Below are positions 25,801-41,100 of a stretch of DNA of 64,000 nucleotides, in pieces. The stretch covers positions 186,001 through 250,000 of the forward strand of contig NC_134028.1 in the NCBI RefSeq assembly GCF_964204645.1, read 5' to 3'. A program made the translations under genes and the position numbers. Position 1 is the first letter of the stretch, and every line of letters begins with the position of its first letter. The notes beneath the pieces are model-generated. The model was not told the origin of the DNA, did not search any database, and was given only the letters and a program-made list of their open reading frames with translations. This stretch comes from Tubulanus polymorphus (lineage: Eukaryota > Animalia > Nemertea).

Positions 25801-28800
25801 TTTGAAATCAGTTCAATACGCCTTAGCCCATCTTTTCAGATTGAGTCCATCATCTTCAGAACCAAAGGCAGCCAGAAAATTCTGATTCTTTCCACCTATC
25901 TATTTGAAATCAGTTCAGTTCACCCTAACTCATCAATTAAGATAGAATTCATCATCTTTAGGACCCTATTTTGCAAGAAAAATCTGTATCTTTCAGTCCA
26001 TCTACTCGAAATCAGTTCAGTTTACCTTAACCTATCATTTCAGATCGAGTCCATCATCTTCAGGAGCATAAATAACCAGAAAATTCTTAATCTTTCAACC
26101 TATCTGTTTGAAATCAGTTCAGTACACCCTAACCCATCAATTAAGATAGAATTCATCATCTTTAGGACCCTATTTTGCAAGAAAAATCTGTATCTTTCAG
26201 TCCATCTACTCGAAATCAGTTCAGTTTACCTTAACCTATCATTTCAGATCGAGTCCATCATCTTCAGGAGCATAAATAACCAGAAAATTCTTAATCTTTC
26301 CACCTATCTATTTGAAATCAGTTCAATACGCCTTAGCCCATCTTTTCAGATTCAGTCCATCATCTTCAGAACCAAAGGCAGCCAGAAAATTCTTAATCTT
26401 TCCACCTATCTGTTTGAAATCAGTTCAGTTCACCCTAACCCATCAATTTAGATAGAATTCATCATCTTTAGGACCCTATTTTGCAAGAAAAACCTGTATC
26501 TTTCAGTCCATCTGCTCGAAATCAGTTCAGTTTACCTTAACCTATCATTTCAGATCGAGTCCATCATCTTCAGGAGCATAAATAGCCAGAAAATTCTTAA
26601 TCTTTCCACCTATCTATTTGAAATCAGTTCAATACGCCTTAACACATCTTTTCAGATTGAATCCATCATCTTCAGAACCAAAAGCAGCCAGAAAATTCTG
26701 ATTCTTTCAACCTATCTATTTGAAATCAGTTCAGTACACCCTAACCCATCAATTAAGATAGAACTCATCATCTTTAGGACCCTATTTTGCAAGAAAAATC
26801 TGTATCTTTCAGTCCATCTGCTCGAAATCAGTTCAGTTTACCTTAACCTATCATTTCAGATCGAGTCCATCATCTTCAGGAGCATAAATAGCCAGAAAAT
26901 TCTTAATCTTTCCACCTATCTATTTGAAATCAGTTCAATACGCCTTAACACATCTTTTCAGATTGAATCCATCATCTTCAGAACCAAAAGCAGCCAGAAA
27001 ATTCTTAATCTTTCAACCTATCTATTTGAAATCAGTTCAGTACACCCTAACCCATCAATTAAGATAGAATTCATCATCTTTAGGACCCTATTTTGCAAGA
27101 AAAATCTGTATCTTTCAGTCCATCTACTCGAAATCAGTTCAGTTTACCTTAACCTATCATTTCAGATCGAGTCCATCATCTTCAGGAGCATAAATAGCCA
27201 GAAAATTCTTAATCTTTCCACCTATCTATTTGAAATCAGTTCAATACGCCTTAGCCCATCTTTTCAGATTGAGTCCATCATCTTCAGAACCAAAGGCAGC
27301 CAGAAAATTCTGATTCTTTCCACCTATCTATTTGAAATCAGATCAGTTCACCCTAACCCATCAATTAAGATAGAATTCATCATCTTTAGGACCCTATTTT
27401 GCAAGAAAAATCTGTATCTTTCAGTCCATCTACTCGAAATCAGTTCAGTTTACCTTAACCTATCATTTCAGATCGAGTCCATCATCTTCAGGAGCATAAA
27501 TAGCCAGATAATTATGAATCTTTCCACCTATCTATTTGAAATCAGTTCAATACGCCTTAGCCCATCTTTTCAGATTCAGTCCATCATCTTCAGAACCAAA
27601 GGCAGCCAGAAAATTCTGATTCTTTCCACCTATCTATTTGAAATCAGTTCAGTTCACCCTAACCCATCAATTAAGATAGAATTCATCATCTTTAGGACCC
27701 TATTTTGCAAGAAAAATCTGTATCTTTCAGTCCATCTACTCGAAATCAGTTCAGTTTACCTTAACCTATCATTTCAGATCGAGTCCATCATCTTCAAGAG
27801 CATAAATAGCCAGGAAATTCTTAATCTTTCCACCTATCTATTTGAAATCAGTTCAATACGCCTTAACCCATCTTTTCAGATTGAGTCCATCATCTTCAGA
27901 ACCAAAGGCAGCAAGAAAATTCTGATTCTTTCAACCTATCTATTTGAAATCAGTTCAGTACACCCTAACCGATCATTTAAGATAGAACTCATCATCTTTA
28001 GGACCCTATTTTGCAAGAAAAATCTGTATCTTTCAGTCCATCTGCTCGAAATCAGTTCAGTTTACCTTAACCTATCATTTCAGATCGAGTCCATCATCTT
28101 CAGGAGCATAAATAGCCAGAAAATTCTTAATCTTTCCACCTATCTATTTGAAATCAGTTCAATACGCCTTAACACATCTTTTCAGATTGAATCCATCATC
28201 TTCAGAACCAAAAGCAGCCAGAAAATTCTTAATCTTTCAACCTATCTATTTGAAATCAGTTCAGTACACCCTAACCCATCAATTAAGATAGAATTCATCA
28301 TCTTTAGGACCCTATTTTGCAAGAAAAATCTGTATCTTTCAGTCCATCTACTTGAAATCAGTTCAGTTTACCTTAACCTATCATTTCAGATCGAGTCCAT
28401 CATCTTCAGGAGCATAAATAGCCAGAAAATTCTTAATCTTTCCACCTATCTATTTGAAATCAGTTCAATACGCCTTAGCCCATCTTTTCAGATTGAGTCC
28501 ATCATCTTCAGAACCAAAGGCAGCCAGAAAATTCTGATTCTTTCAACCTATCTATTTGAAATCAGTTCAGTTCACCCTAACCCATCAATTAAGATAGAAT
28601 TCATCATCTTTAGGACCCTATTTTGCAAGAAAAATCTGTATCTTTCAGTCCATCTACTCGAAATCAGTTCAGTTTACCTTAACCTATCATTTCAGATCGA
28701 GTCCATCATCTTCAGGAGCATAAATAGCCAGAAAATTCTTAATCTTTCCACCTATCTATTTGAAATCAGTTCAATACGCCTTAACACATCTTTTCAGATT

Positions 28801-31620
28801 GAATCCATCATCTTCAGAACCAAAAGCAGCCAGAAAATTCTTAATCTTTCAACCTATCTATTTGAAATCAGTTCAGTACACCCTAACCCATCAATTAAGA
28901 TAGAATTCATCATCTTTAGGACCCTATTTTGCAAGAAAAATCTGTATCTTTCAGTCCGTCTACTCGAAATCAGTTCAGTTTACCTTAACCTATCATTTCA
29001 GATCGAGTCCATCATCTTCAGGAGCATAAATAGCCAGAAAATTCTTAATCTTTCCACCTATCTATTTGAAATCAGTTCAATACGCCTTAGCCCATCTTTT
29101 CAGATTGAGTCCATCATCTTCAGAACCAAAGGCAGCCAGAAAATTCTGATTCTTTCCACCTATCTATTTGAAATCAGTTCAGTTCACCCTAACCCATCAA
29201 TTAAGATAGAATTCATCATCTTTAGGACCCTATTTTGCAAGAAAAATCTGTATCTTTCAGTCCATCTACTCGAAATCAGTTCAGTTTACCTTAACCTATC
29301 ATTTCAGATCGAGTCCATCATCTTCAGGAGCATAAATAGCCAGAAAATTCTTAATCTTTCCACCTATCCATTTGAAATCAGTTCAGTACACCCTAACCCA
29401 TCAATTAAGATAGAATTCATCATCTTTAGGACCCTATTTTGCAAGAAAAATCTGTATCTTTCAGTCCATCTACTCGAAATCAGTTCAGTTTACCTTAACC
29501 TATCATTTCAGATCGAGTCCATCATCTTCAGGAGCATAAATAACCAGAAAATTCTTAATCTTTCCACCTATCTATTTGAAATCAGTTCAATACGCCTTAG
29601 CCCATCTTTTCAGATTCAGTCCATCATCTTCAGAACCAAAGGCAGCCAGATAATTCTTAATCTTTCCACCTATCTGTTTGAAATCAGTTCAGTTCACCCT
29701 AACCCATCAATTTAGATAGAATTCATCATCTTTAGGACCCTATTTTGCAAGAAAACCCTGTATCTTTCAGTCCATCTGCTCGAAATCAGTTCAGTTTACC
29801 TTAACCTATCATTTCAGATCGAGTCCATCATCTTCAGGAGCATAAATAGCCACGAAATTCTTAATCTTTCCACCTATCTATTTGAAATCAGTTCAATACG
29901 CCTTAACACATCTTTTCAGATTGAATCCATCATCTTCAGAACCAAAAGCAGCCAGAAAATTCTGATTCTTTCAACCTGTCTATTTGAAATCAGTTCAGTA
30001 CACCCTAACCCATCATTTAAGATAGAACTCATCATCTTTAGGACCCTATTTTGCAAGAAAAATCTGTATCTTTCAGTCCATCTGCTCGAAATCAGTTCAG
30101 TTTACCTTAACCTATCATTTCAGATCGAGTCAATCATCTTCAGGAGCATAAATAGCCAGAAAATTCTTAATCTTTCCACCTATCTATTTGAAATCAGTTC
30201 AGTACACCCTAACACATAAATTAAGATAGAATTCATCATCTTTAGGACCCTATTTTGCAAGAAAAATCTGTATCTTTCAGTCCATCTACTCGAAATCAGT
30301 TCAGTTTACCTTAACCTATCATTTCAGATCGAGTCCATCATCTTCAGGAGCATAAATAGCCAGAAAATTCTTAATCTTTCCACCTATCTATTTGAAATCA
30401 GTTCAATACGCCTTAGCCCATCTTTTCAGATTGAGTCCATCATCTTCAGAACCAAAGGCAGCCAGAAAATTCTGGTTCTTTCCACCTATCTATTTGAAAT
30501 CAGTTCAGTTCACCCTAACTCATCAATTAAGATAGAATTCATCATCTTTAGGACCCTATTTTGCAAGAAAAATCTGTATCTTTCAGTCCATCTACTCGAA
30601 ATCAGTTCAGTTTACCTTAACCTATCATTTCAGATCGAGTCCATCATCTTCAGGAGCATAAATAGCCAGAAAATTCTTAATCTTTCCACCTATCTATTTG
30701 AAATCAGTTCAATACGCCTTAGCCCATCTTTTCAGATTGAGTCCATCATCTTCAGAACCAAAGGCAGCCAGAAAATTCTGATTCTTTCCACCTATCTATT
30801 TGAAATCAGTTCAGTTCACCCTAACTCATCAATTAAGATAGAATTCATCATCTTTAGGACCCTATTTTGCAAGAAAAATCTGTATCTTTCAGTCCATCTA
30901 CTCGAAATCAGTTCAGTTTACCTTAACCTATCATTTCAGATCGAGTCCATCATCTTCAGGAGCATAAATAACCAGAAAATTCTTAATCTTTCAACCTATC
31001 TGTTTGAAATCAGTTCAGTACACCCTAACCCATCAATTAAGATAGAATTCATCATCTTTAGGACCCTATTTTGCAAGAAAAATCTGTATCTTTCAGTCCA
31101 TCTACTCGAAATCAGTTCAGTTTACCTTAACCTATCATTTCAGATCGAGTCCATCATCTTCAGGAGCATAAATAACCAGAAAATTCTTAATCTTTCCACC
31201 TATCTATTTGAAATCAGTTCAATACGCCTTAGCCCATCTTTTCAGATTCAGTCCATCATCTTCAGAACCAAAGGCAGCCAGAAAATTCTTAATCTTTCCA
31301 CCTATCTGTTTGAAATCAGTTCAGTTCACCCTAACCCATCAATTTAGATAGAATTCATCATCTTTAGGACCCTATTTTGCAAGAAAAACCTGTATCTTTC
31401 AGTCCATCTGCTCGAAATCAGTTCAGTTTACCTTAACCTATCATTTCAGATCGAGTCCATCATCTTCAGGAGCATAAATAGCCAGAAAATTCTTAATCTT
31501 TCCACCTATCTATTTGAAATCAGTTCAATACGCCTTAACACATCTTTTCAGATTGAATCCATCATCTTCAGAACCAAAAGCAGCCAGAAAATTCTGATTC
31601 TTTCAACCTATCTATTTGAA
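19891..31620 (+). repeat. HOR-alpha: 4,896-bp 48-mer, two full copies (19891-24786, 24787-29682) plus a partial copy
   Basis: Rare markers repeat at +4896: ATG 22618/27514; AACACATAA 20425/25321/30217; GTCCGT 24062/28958; TAG 19921/24817/29713 and 21553/26449/31345. The two 733-aa ORFs differ by one residue. Confidence 0.92.
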
Positions 31621-34272
31621 ATCAGTTCAATACGCCTTAACCCATCTTTTCAGATTGAGTCCATCATCTTCAGAACCAAAGGCAGCAAGAAAATTCTGAT
31701 TCTTTCAACCTATCTATTTGAAATCAGTTCAGTTCACCCTAACCCATCAATTAAGATAGAATTCATCATCTTTAGGACCCTATTTTGCAAGAAAAATCTG
31801 TATCTTTCAGTCCATCTACTCGAAATCAGTTCAGTTTACCTTAACCTATCATTTCAGATCGAGTCCATCATCTTCAGGAGCATAAATAGCCAGAAAATTC
31901 TTAATCTTTCCACCTATCCATTTGAAATCAGTTCAGTACACCCTAACCCATCAATTAAGATAGAATTCATCATCTTTAGGACCCTATTTTGCAAGAAAAA
32001 TCTGTATCTTTCAGTCCATCTACTCGAAATCAGTTCAGTTTACCTTAACCTATCATTTCAGATCGAGTCCATCATCTTCAGGAGCATAAATAACCAGAAA
32101 ATTCTTAATCTTTCCACCTATCTATTTGAAATCAGTTCAATACGCCTTAGCCCATCTTTTCAGATTCAGTCCATCATCTTCAGAACCAAAGGCAGCCAGA
32201 TAATTCTTAATCTTTCCACCTATCTGTTTGAAATCAGTTCAGTTCACCCTAACCCATCAATTTAGATAGAATTCATCATCTTTAGGACCCTATTTTGCAA
32301 GAAAACCCTGTATCTTTCAGTCCATCTGCTCGAAATCAGTTCAGTTTACCTTAACCTATCATTTCAGATCGAGTCCATCATCTTCAGGAGCATAAATAGC
32401 CACGAAATTCTTAATCTTTCCACCTATCTATTTGAAATCAGTTCAATACGCCTTAACACATCTTTTCAGATTGAATCCATCATCTTCAGAACCAAAAGCA
32501 GCCAGAAAATTCTGATTCTTTCAACCTGTCTATTTGAAATCAGTTCAGTACACCCTAACCCATCATTTAAGATAGAACTCATCATCTTTAGGACCCTATT
32601 TTGCAAGAAAAATCTGTATCTTTCAGTCCATCTGCTCGAAATCAGTTCAGTTTACCTTAACCTATCATTTCAGATCGAGTCAATCATCTTCAGGAGCATA
32701 AATAGCCAGAAAATTCTTAATCTTTCCACCTATCTATTTGAAATCAGTTCAGTACACCCTAACACATAAATTAAGATAGAATTCATCATCTTTAGGACCC
32801 TATTTTGCAAGAAAAATCTGTATCTTTCAGTCCATCTACTCGAAATCAGTTCAGTTTACCTTAACCTATCATTTCAGATCGAGTCCATCATCTTCAGGAG
32901 CATAAATAGCCAGAAAATTCTTAATCTTTCCACCTATCTATTTGAAATCAGTTCAATACGCCTTAGCCCATCTTTTCAGATTGAGTCCATCATCTTCAGA
33001 ACCAAAGGCAGCCAGAAAATTCTGGTTCTTTCCACCTATCTATTTGAAATCAGTTCAGTTCACCCTAACTCATCAATTAAGATAGAATTCATCATCTTTA
33101 GGACCCTATTTTGCAAGAAAAATCTGTATCTTTCAGTCCATCTACTCGAAATCAGTTCAGTTTACCTTAACCTATCATTTCAGATCGAGTCCATCATCTT
33201 CAGGAGCATAAATAGCCAGAAAATTCTTAATCTTTCCACCTATCTATTTGAAATCAGTTCAATACGCCTTAGCCCATCTTTTCAGATTGAGTCCATCATC
33301 TTCAGAACCAAAGGCAGCCAGAAAATTCTGATTCTTTCCACCTATCTATTTGAAATCAGTTCAGTTCACCCTAACTCATCAATTAAGATAGAATTCATCA
33401 TCTTTAGGACCCTATTTTGCAAGAAAAATCTGTATCTTTCAGTCCATCTACTCGAAATCAGTTCAGTTTACCTTAACCTATCATTTCAGATCGAGTCCAT
33501 CATCTTCAGGAGCATAAATAACCAGAAAATTCTTAATCTTTCAACCTATCTGTTTGAAATCAGTTCAGTACACCCTAACCCATCAATTAAGATAGAATTC
33601 ATCATCTTTAGGACCCTATTTTGCAAGAAAAATCTGTATCTTTCAGTCCATCTACTCGAAATCAGTTCAGTTTACCTTAACCTATCATTTCAGATCGAGT
33701 CCATCATCTTCAGGAGCATAAATAACCAGAAAATTCTTAATCTTTCCACCTATCTATTTGAAATCAGTTCAATACGCCTTAGCCCATCTTTTCAGATTCA
33801 GTCCATCATCTTCAGAACCAAAGGCAGCCAGAAAATTCTTAATCTTTCCACCTATCTGTTTGAAATCAGTTCAGTTCACCCTAACCCATCAATTTAGATA
33901 GAATTCATCATCTTTAGGACCCTATTTTGCAAGAAAAACCTGTATCTTTCAGTCCATCTGCTCGAAATCAGTTCAGTTTACCTTAACCTATCATTTCAGA
34001 TCGAGTCCATCATCTTCAGGAGCATAAATAGCCAGAAAATTCTTAATCTTTCCACCTATCTATTTGAAATCAGTTCAATACGCCTTAACACATCTTTTCA
34101 GATTGAATCCATCATCTTCAGAACCAAAAGCAGCCAGAAAATTCTGATTCTTTCAACCTATCTATTTGAAATCAGTTCAATACGCCTTAACCCATCTTTT
34201 CAGATTGAGTCCATCATCTTCAGAACCAAAGGCAGCAAGAAAATTCTGATTCTTACAACCTATCTATTTGAA
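29173..34272 (+). repeat. Tandem duplication of a 2,550-bp 25-mer (29173-31722, 31723-34272)
   Basis: Markers repeat at +2550: TAG 29713/32263 and 31345/33895; TAA 30217/32767; C'-C junction 31621/34171. One SNP was seen at 34255. Confidence 0.9.
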
Positions 34273-37200
34273 ATCAGTTCAGTTCACCCTAACCCATCAA
34301 TTAAGATAGAATTCATCATCTTTAGGACCCTATTTTGCAAGAAAAATCTGTATCTTTCAGTCCATCTACTCGAAATCAGTTCAGTTTACCTTAACCTATC
34401 ATTTCAGATCGAGTCCATCATCTTCAGGAGCATAAATAGCCAGAAAATTCTTAATCTTTCCACCTATCTATTTGAAATCAGTTCAATACGCCTTAACACA
34501 TCTTTTCAGATTGAATCCATCATCTTCAGAACCAAAAGCAGCCAGAAAATTCTTAATCTTTCAACCTATCTATTTGAAATCAGTTCAGTACACCCTAACC
34601 CATCAATTAAGATAGAATTCATCATCTTTAGGACCCTATTTTGCAAGAAAAATCTGTATCTTTCAGTCCGTCTACTCGAAATCAGTTCAGTTTACCTTAA
34701 CCTATCATTTCAGATCGAGTCCATCATCTTCAGGAGCATAAATAGCCAGAAAATTCTTAATCTTTCCACCTATCTATTTGAAATCAGTTCAATACGCCTT
34801 AGCCCATCTTTTCAGATTGAGTCCATCATCTTCAGAACCAAAGGCAGCCAGAAAATTCTGATTCTTTCCACCTATCTATTTGAAATCAGTTCAGTTCACC
34901 CTAACCCATCAATTAAGATAGAATTCATCATCTTTAGGACCCTATTTTGCAAGAAAAATCTGTATCTTTCAGTCCATCTACTCGAAATCAGTTCAGTTTA
35001 CCTTAACCTATCATTTCAGATCGAGTCCATCATCTTCAGGAGCATAAATAGCCAGAAAATTCTTAATCTTTCCACCTATCCATTTGAAATCAGTTCAGTA
35101 CACCCTAACCCATCAATTAAGATAGAATTCATCATCTTTAGGACCCTATTTTGCAAGAAAAATCTGTATCTTTCAGTCCATCTACTCGAAATCAGTTCAG
35201 TTTACCTTAACCTATCATTTCAGATCGAGTCCATCATCTTCAGGAGCATAAATAGCCAGAAAATTCTTAATCTTTCCACCTATCTATTTGAAATCAGTTC
35301 AATACGCCTTAGCCCATCTTTTCAGATTGAGTCCATCATCTTCAGAACCAAAGGCAGCCAGAAAATTCTGATTCTTTCCATCTATCTATTTGAAATCAGT
35401 TCAGTTCACCCTAACTCATCAATTAAGATAGAATTCATCATCTTTAGGACCCTATTTTGCAAGAAAAATCTGTATCTTTCAGTCCATCTACTCGAAATCA
35501 GTTCAGTTTACCTTAACCTATCATTTCAGATCGAGTCCATCATCTTCAGGAGCATAAATAGCCAGAAAATTCTTAATCTTTCCACCTATCTATTTGAAAT
35601 CAGTTCAATACGCCTTAGCCCATCTTTTCAGATTGAGTCCATCATCTTCAGAACCAAAGGCAGCCAGAAAATTCTGATTCTTTCCACCTATCTATTTGAA
35701 ATCAGTTCAGTTCACCCTAACTCATCAATTAAGATAGAATTCATCATCTTTAGGACCCTATTTTGCAAGAAAAATCTGTATCTTTCAGTCCATCTACTCG
35801 AAATCAGTTCAGTTTACCTTAACCTATCATTTCAGATCGAGTCCATCATCTTCAGGAGCATAAATAGCCAGAAAATTCTTAATCTTTCCACCTATCCATT
35901 TGAAATCAGTTCAGTACACCCTAACCCATCAATTAAGATAGAATTCATCATCTTTAGGACCCTATTTTGCAAGAAAAATCTGTATCTTTCAGTCCATCTA
36001 CTCGAAATCAGTTCAGTTTACCTTAACCTATCATTTCAGATCGAGTCCATCATCTTCAGGAGCATAAATAGCCAGAAAATTCTTAATCTTTCCACCTATC
36101 TATTTGAAATCAGTTCAATACGCCTTAGCCCATCTTTTCAGATTGAGTCCATCATCTTCAGAACCAAAGGCAGCCAGAAAATTCTGATTCTTTCCATCTA
36201 TCTATTTGAAATCAGTTCAGTTCACCCTAACTCATCAATTAAGATAGAATTCATCATCTTTAGGACCCTATTTTGCAAGAAAAATCTGTATCTTTCAGTC
36301 CATCTACTCGAAATCAGTTCAGTTTACCTTAACCTATCATTTCAGATCGAGTCCATCATCTTCAGGAGCATAAATAGCCAGAAAATTCTTAATCTTTCCA
36401 CCTATCTATTTGAAATCAGTTCAATACGCCTTAGCCCATCTTTTCAGATTGAGTCCATCATCTTCAGAACCAAAGGCAGCCAGAAAATTCTGATTCTTTC
36501 CACCTATCTATTTGAAATCAGTTCAGTTCACCCTAACTCATCAATTAAGATAGAATTCATCATCTTTAGGACCCTATTTTGCAAGAAAAATCTGTATCTT
36601 TCAGTCCATCTACTCGAAATCAGTTCAGTTTACCTTAACCTATCATTTCAGATCGAGTCCATCATCTTCAGGAGCATAAATAACCAGAAAATTCTTAATC
36701 TTTCAACCTATCTGTTTGAAATCAGTTCAGTACACCCTAACCCATCAATTAAGATAGAATTCATCATCTTTAGGACCCTATTTTGCAAGAAAAATCTGTA
36801 TCTTTCAGTCCATCTACTCGAAATCAGTTCAGTTTACCTTAACCTATCATTTCAGATCGAGTCCATCATCTTCAGGAGCATAAATAACCAGAAAATTCTT
36901 AATCTTTCCACCTATCTATTTGAAATCAGTTCAATACGCCTTAGCCCATCTTTTCAGATTCAGTCCATCATCTTCAGAACCAAAGGCAGCCAGAAAATTC
37001 TTAATCTTTCCACCTATCTGTTTGAAATCAGTTCAGTTCACCCTAACCCATCAATTTAGATAGAATTCATCATCTTTAGGACCCTATTTTGCAAGAAAAA
37101 CCTGTATCTTTCAGTCCATCTGCTCGAAATCAGTTCAGTTTACCTTAACCTATCATTTCAGATCGAGTCCATCATCTTCAGGAGCATAAATAGCCAGAAA

Positions 37201-38121
37201 ATTCTTAATCTTTCCACCTATCTATTTGAAATCAGTTCAATACGCCTTAACACATCTTTTCAGATTGAATCCATCATCTTCAGAACCAAAAGCAGCCAGA
37301 AAATTCTGATTCTTTCAACCTATCTATTTGAAATCAGTTCAGTACACCCTAACCCATCAATTAAGATAGAACTCATCATCTTTAGGACCCTATTTTGCAA
37401 GAAAAATCTGTATCTTTCAGTCCATCTGCTCGAAATCAGTTCAGTTTACCTTAACCTATCATTTCAGATCGAGTCCATCATCTTCAGGAGCATAAATAGC
37501 CAGAAAATTCTTAATCTTTCCACCTATCTATTTGAAATCAGTTCAATACGCCTTAACACATCTTTTCAGATTGAATCCATCATCTTCAGAACCAAAAGCA
37601 GCCAGAAAATTCTTAATCTTTCAACCTATCTATTTGAAATCAGTTCAGTACACCCTAACCCATCAATTAAGATAGAATTCATCATCTTTAGGACCCTATT
37701 TTGCAAGAAAAATCTGTATCTTTCAGTCCATCTACTCGAAATCAGTTCAGTTTACCTTAACCTATCATTTCAGATCGAGTCCATCATCTTCAGGAGCATA
37801 AATAGCCAGAAAATTCTTAATCTTTCCACCTATCTATTTGAAATCAGTTCAATACGCCTTAGCCCATCTTTTCAGATTGAGTCCATCATCTTCAGAACCA
37901 AAGGCAGCCAGAAAATTCTGATTCTTTCCACCTATCTATTTGAAATCAGTTCAGTTCACCCTAACCCATCAATTAAGATAGAATTCATCATCTTTAGGAC
38001 CCTATTTTGCAAGAAAAATCTGTATCTTTCAGTCCATCTACTCGAAATCAGTTCAGTTTACCTTAACCTATCATTTCAGATCGAGTCCATCATCTTCAGG
38101 AGCATAAATAGCCAGATAATT

Positions 38122-41100
38122 ATGAATCTTTCCACCTATCTATTTGAAATCAGTTCAATACGCCTTAGCCCATCTTTTCAGATTCAGTCCATCATCTTCA
38201 GAACCAAAGGCAGCCAGAAAATTCTGATTCTTTCCACCTATCTATTTGAAATCAGTTCAGTTCACCCTAACCCATCAATTAAGATAGAATTCATCATCTT
38301 TAGGACCCTATTTTGCAAGAAAAATCTGTATCTTTCAGTCCATCTACTCGAAATCAGTTCAGTTTACCTTAACCTATCATTTCAGATCGAGTCCATCATC
38401 TTCAAGAGCATAAATAGCCAGGAAATTCTTAATCTTTCCACCTATCTATTTGAAATCAGTTCAATACGCCTTAACCCATCTTTTCAGATTGAGTCCATCA
38501 TCTTCAGAACCAAAGGCAGCAAGAAAATTCTGATTCTTTCAACCTATCTATTTGAAATCAGTTCAGTACACCCTAACCGATCATTTAAGATAGAACTCAT
38601 CATCTTTAGGACCCTATTTTGCAAGAAAAATCTGTATCTTTCAGTCCATCTGCTCGAAATCAGTTCAGTTTACCTTAACCTATCATTTCAGATCGAGTCC
38701 ATCATCTTCAGGAGCATAAATAGCCAGAAAATTCTTAATCTTTCCACCTATCTATTTGAAATCAGTTCAATACGCCTTAACACATCTTTTCAGATTGAAT
38801 CCATCATCTTCAGAACCAAAAGCAGCCAGAAAATTCTTAATCTTTCAACCTATCTATTTGAAATCAGTTCAGTACACCCTAACCCATCAATTAAGATAGA
38901 ATTCATCATCTTTAGGACCCTATTTTGCAAGAAAAATCTGTATCTTTCAGTCCATCTACTTGAAATCAGTTCAGTTTACCTTAACCTATCATTTCAGATC
39001 GAGTCCATCATCTTCAGGAGCATAAATAGCCAGAAAATTCTTAATCTTTCCACCTATCTATTTGAAATCAGTTCAATACGCCTTAGCCCATCTTTTCAGA
39101 TTGAGTCCATCATCTTCAGAACCAAAGGCAGCCAGAAAATTCTGATTCTTTCAACCTATCTATTTGAAATCAGTTCAGTTCACCCTAACCCATCAATTAA
39201 GATAGAATTCATCATCTTTAGGACCCTATTTTGCAAGAAAAATCTGTATCTTTCAGTCCATCTACTCGAAATCAGTTCAGTTTACCTTAACCTATCATTT
39301 CAGATCGAGTCCATCATCTTCAGGAGCATAAATAGCCAGAAAATTCTTAATCTTTCCACCTATCTATTTGAAATCAGTTCAATACGCCTTAACACATCTT
39401 TTCAGATTGAATCCATCATCTTCAGAACCAAAAGCAGCCAGAAAATTCTTAATCTTTCAACCTATCTATTTGAAATCAGTTCAGTACACCCTAACCCATC
39501 AATTAAGATAGAATTCATCATCTTTAGGACCCTATTTTGCAAGAAAAATCTGTATCTTTCAGTCCGTCTACTCGAAATCAGTTCAGTTTACCTTAACCTA
39601 TCATTTCAGATCGAGTCCATCATCTTCAGGAGCATAAATAGCCAGAAAATTCTTAATCTTTCCACCTATCTATTTGAAATCAGTTCAATACGCCTTAGCC
39701 CATCTTTTCAGATTGAGTCCATCATCTTCAGAACCAAAGGCAGCCAGAAAATTCTGATTCTTTCCACCTATCTATTTGAAATCAGTTCAGTTCACCCTAA
39801 CCCATCAATTAAGATAGAATTCATCATCTTTAGGACCCTATTTTGCAAGAAAAATCTGTATCTTTCAGTCCATCTACTCGAAATCAGTTCAGTTTACCTT
39901 AACCTATCATTTCAGATCGAGTCCATCATCTTCAGGAGCATAAATAGCCAGAAAATTCTTAATCTTTCCACCTATCCATTTGAAATCAGTTCAGTACACC
40001 CTAACCCATCAATTAAGATAGAATTCATCATCTTTAGGACCCTATTTTGCAAGAAAAATCTGTATCTTTCAGTCCATCTACTCGAAATCAGTTCAGTTTA
40101 CCTTAACCTATCATTTCAGATCGAGTCCATCATCTTCAGGAGCATAAATAGCCAGAAAATTCTTAATCTTTCCACCTATCTATTTGAAATCAGTTCAATA
40201 CGCCTTAGCCCATCTTTTCAGATTGAGTCCATCATCTTCAGAACCAAAGGCAGCCAGAAAATTCTGATTCTTTCCATCTATCTATTTGAAATCAGTTCAG
40301 TTCACCCTAACTCATCAATTAAGATAGAATTCATCATCTTTAGGACCCTATTTTGCAAGAAAAATCTGTATCTTTCAGTCCATCTACTCGAAATCAGTTC
40401 AGTTTACCTTAACCTATCATTTCAGATCGAGTCCATCATCTTCAGGAGCATAAATAGCCAGAAAATTCTTAATCTTTCCACCTATCTATTTGAAATCAGT
40501 TCAATACGCCTTAGCCCATCTTTTCAGATTGAGTCCATCATCTTCAGAACCAAAGGCAGCCAGAAAATTCTGATTCTTTCCACCTATCTATTTGAAATCA
40601 GTTCAGTTCACCCTAACTCATCAATTAAGATAGAATTCATCATCTTTAGGACCCTATTTTGCAAGAAAAATCTGTATCTTTCAGTCCATCTACTCGAAAT
40701 CAGTTCAGTTTACCTTAACCTATCATTTCAGATCGAGTCCATCATCTTCAGGAGCATAAATAGCCAGAAAATTCTTAATCTTTCCACCTATCCATTTGAA
40801 ATCAGTTCAGTACACCCTAACCCATCAATTAAGATAGAATTCATCATCTTTAGGACCCTATTTTGCAAGAAAAATCTGTATCTTTCAGTCCATCTACTCG
40901 AAATCAGTTCAGTTTACCTTAACCTATCATTTCAGATCGAGTCCATCATCTTCAGGAGCATAAATAGCCAGAAAATTCTTAATCTTTCCACCTATCTATT
41001 TGAAATCAGTTCAATACGCCTTAGCCCATCTTTTCAGATTGAGTCCATCATCTTCAGAACCAAAGGCAGCCAGAAAATTCTGATTCTTTCCATCTATCTA

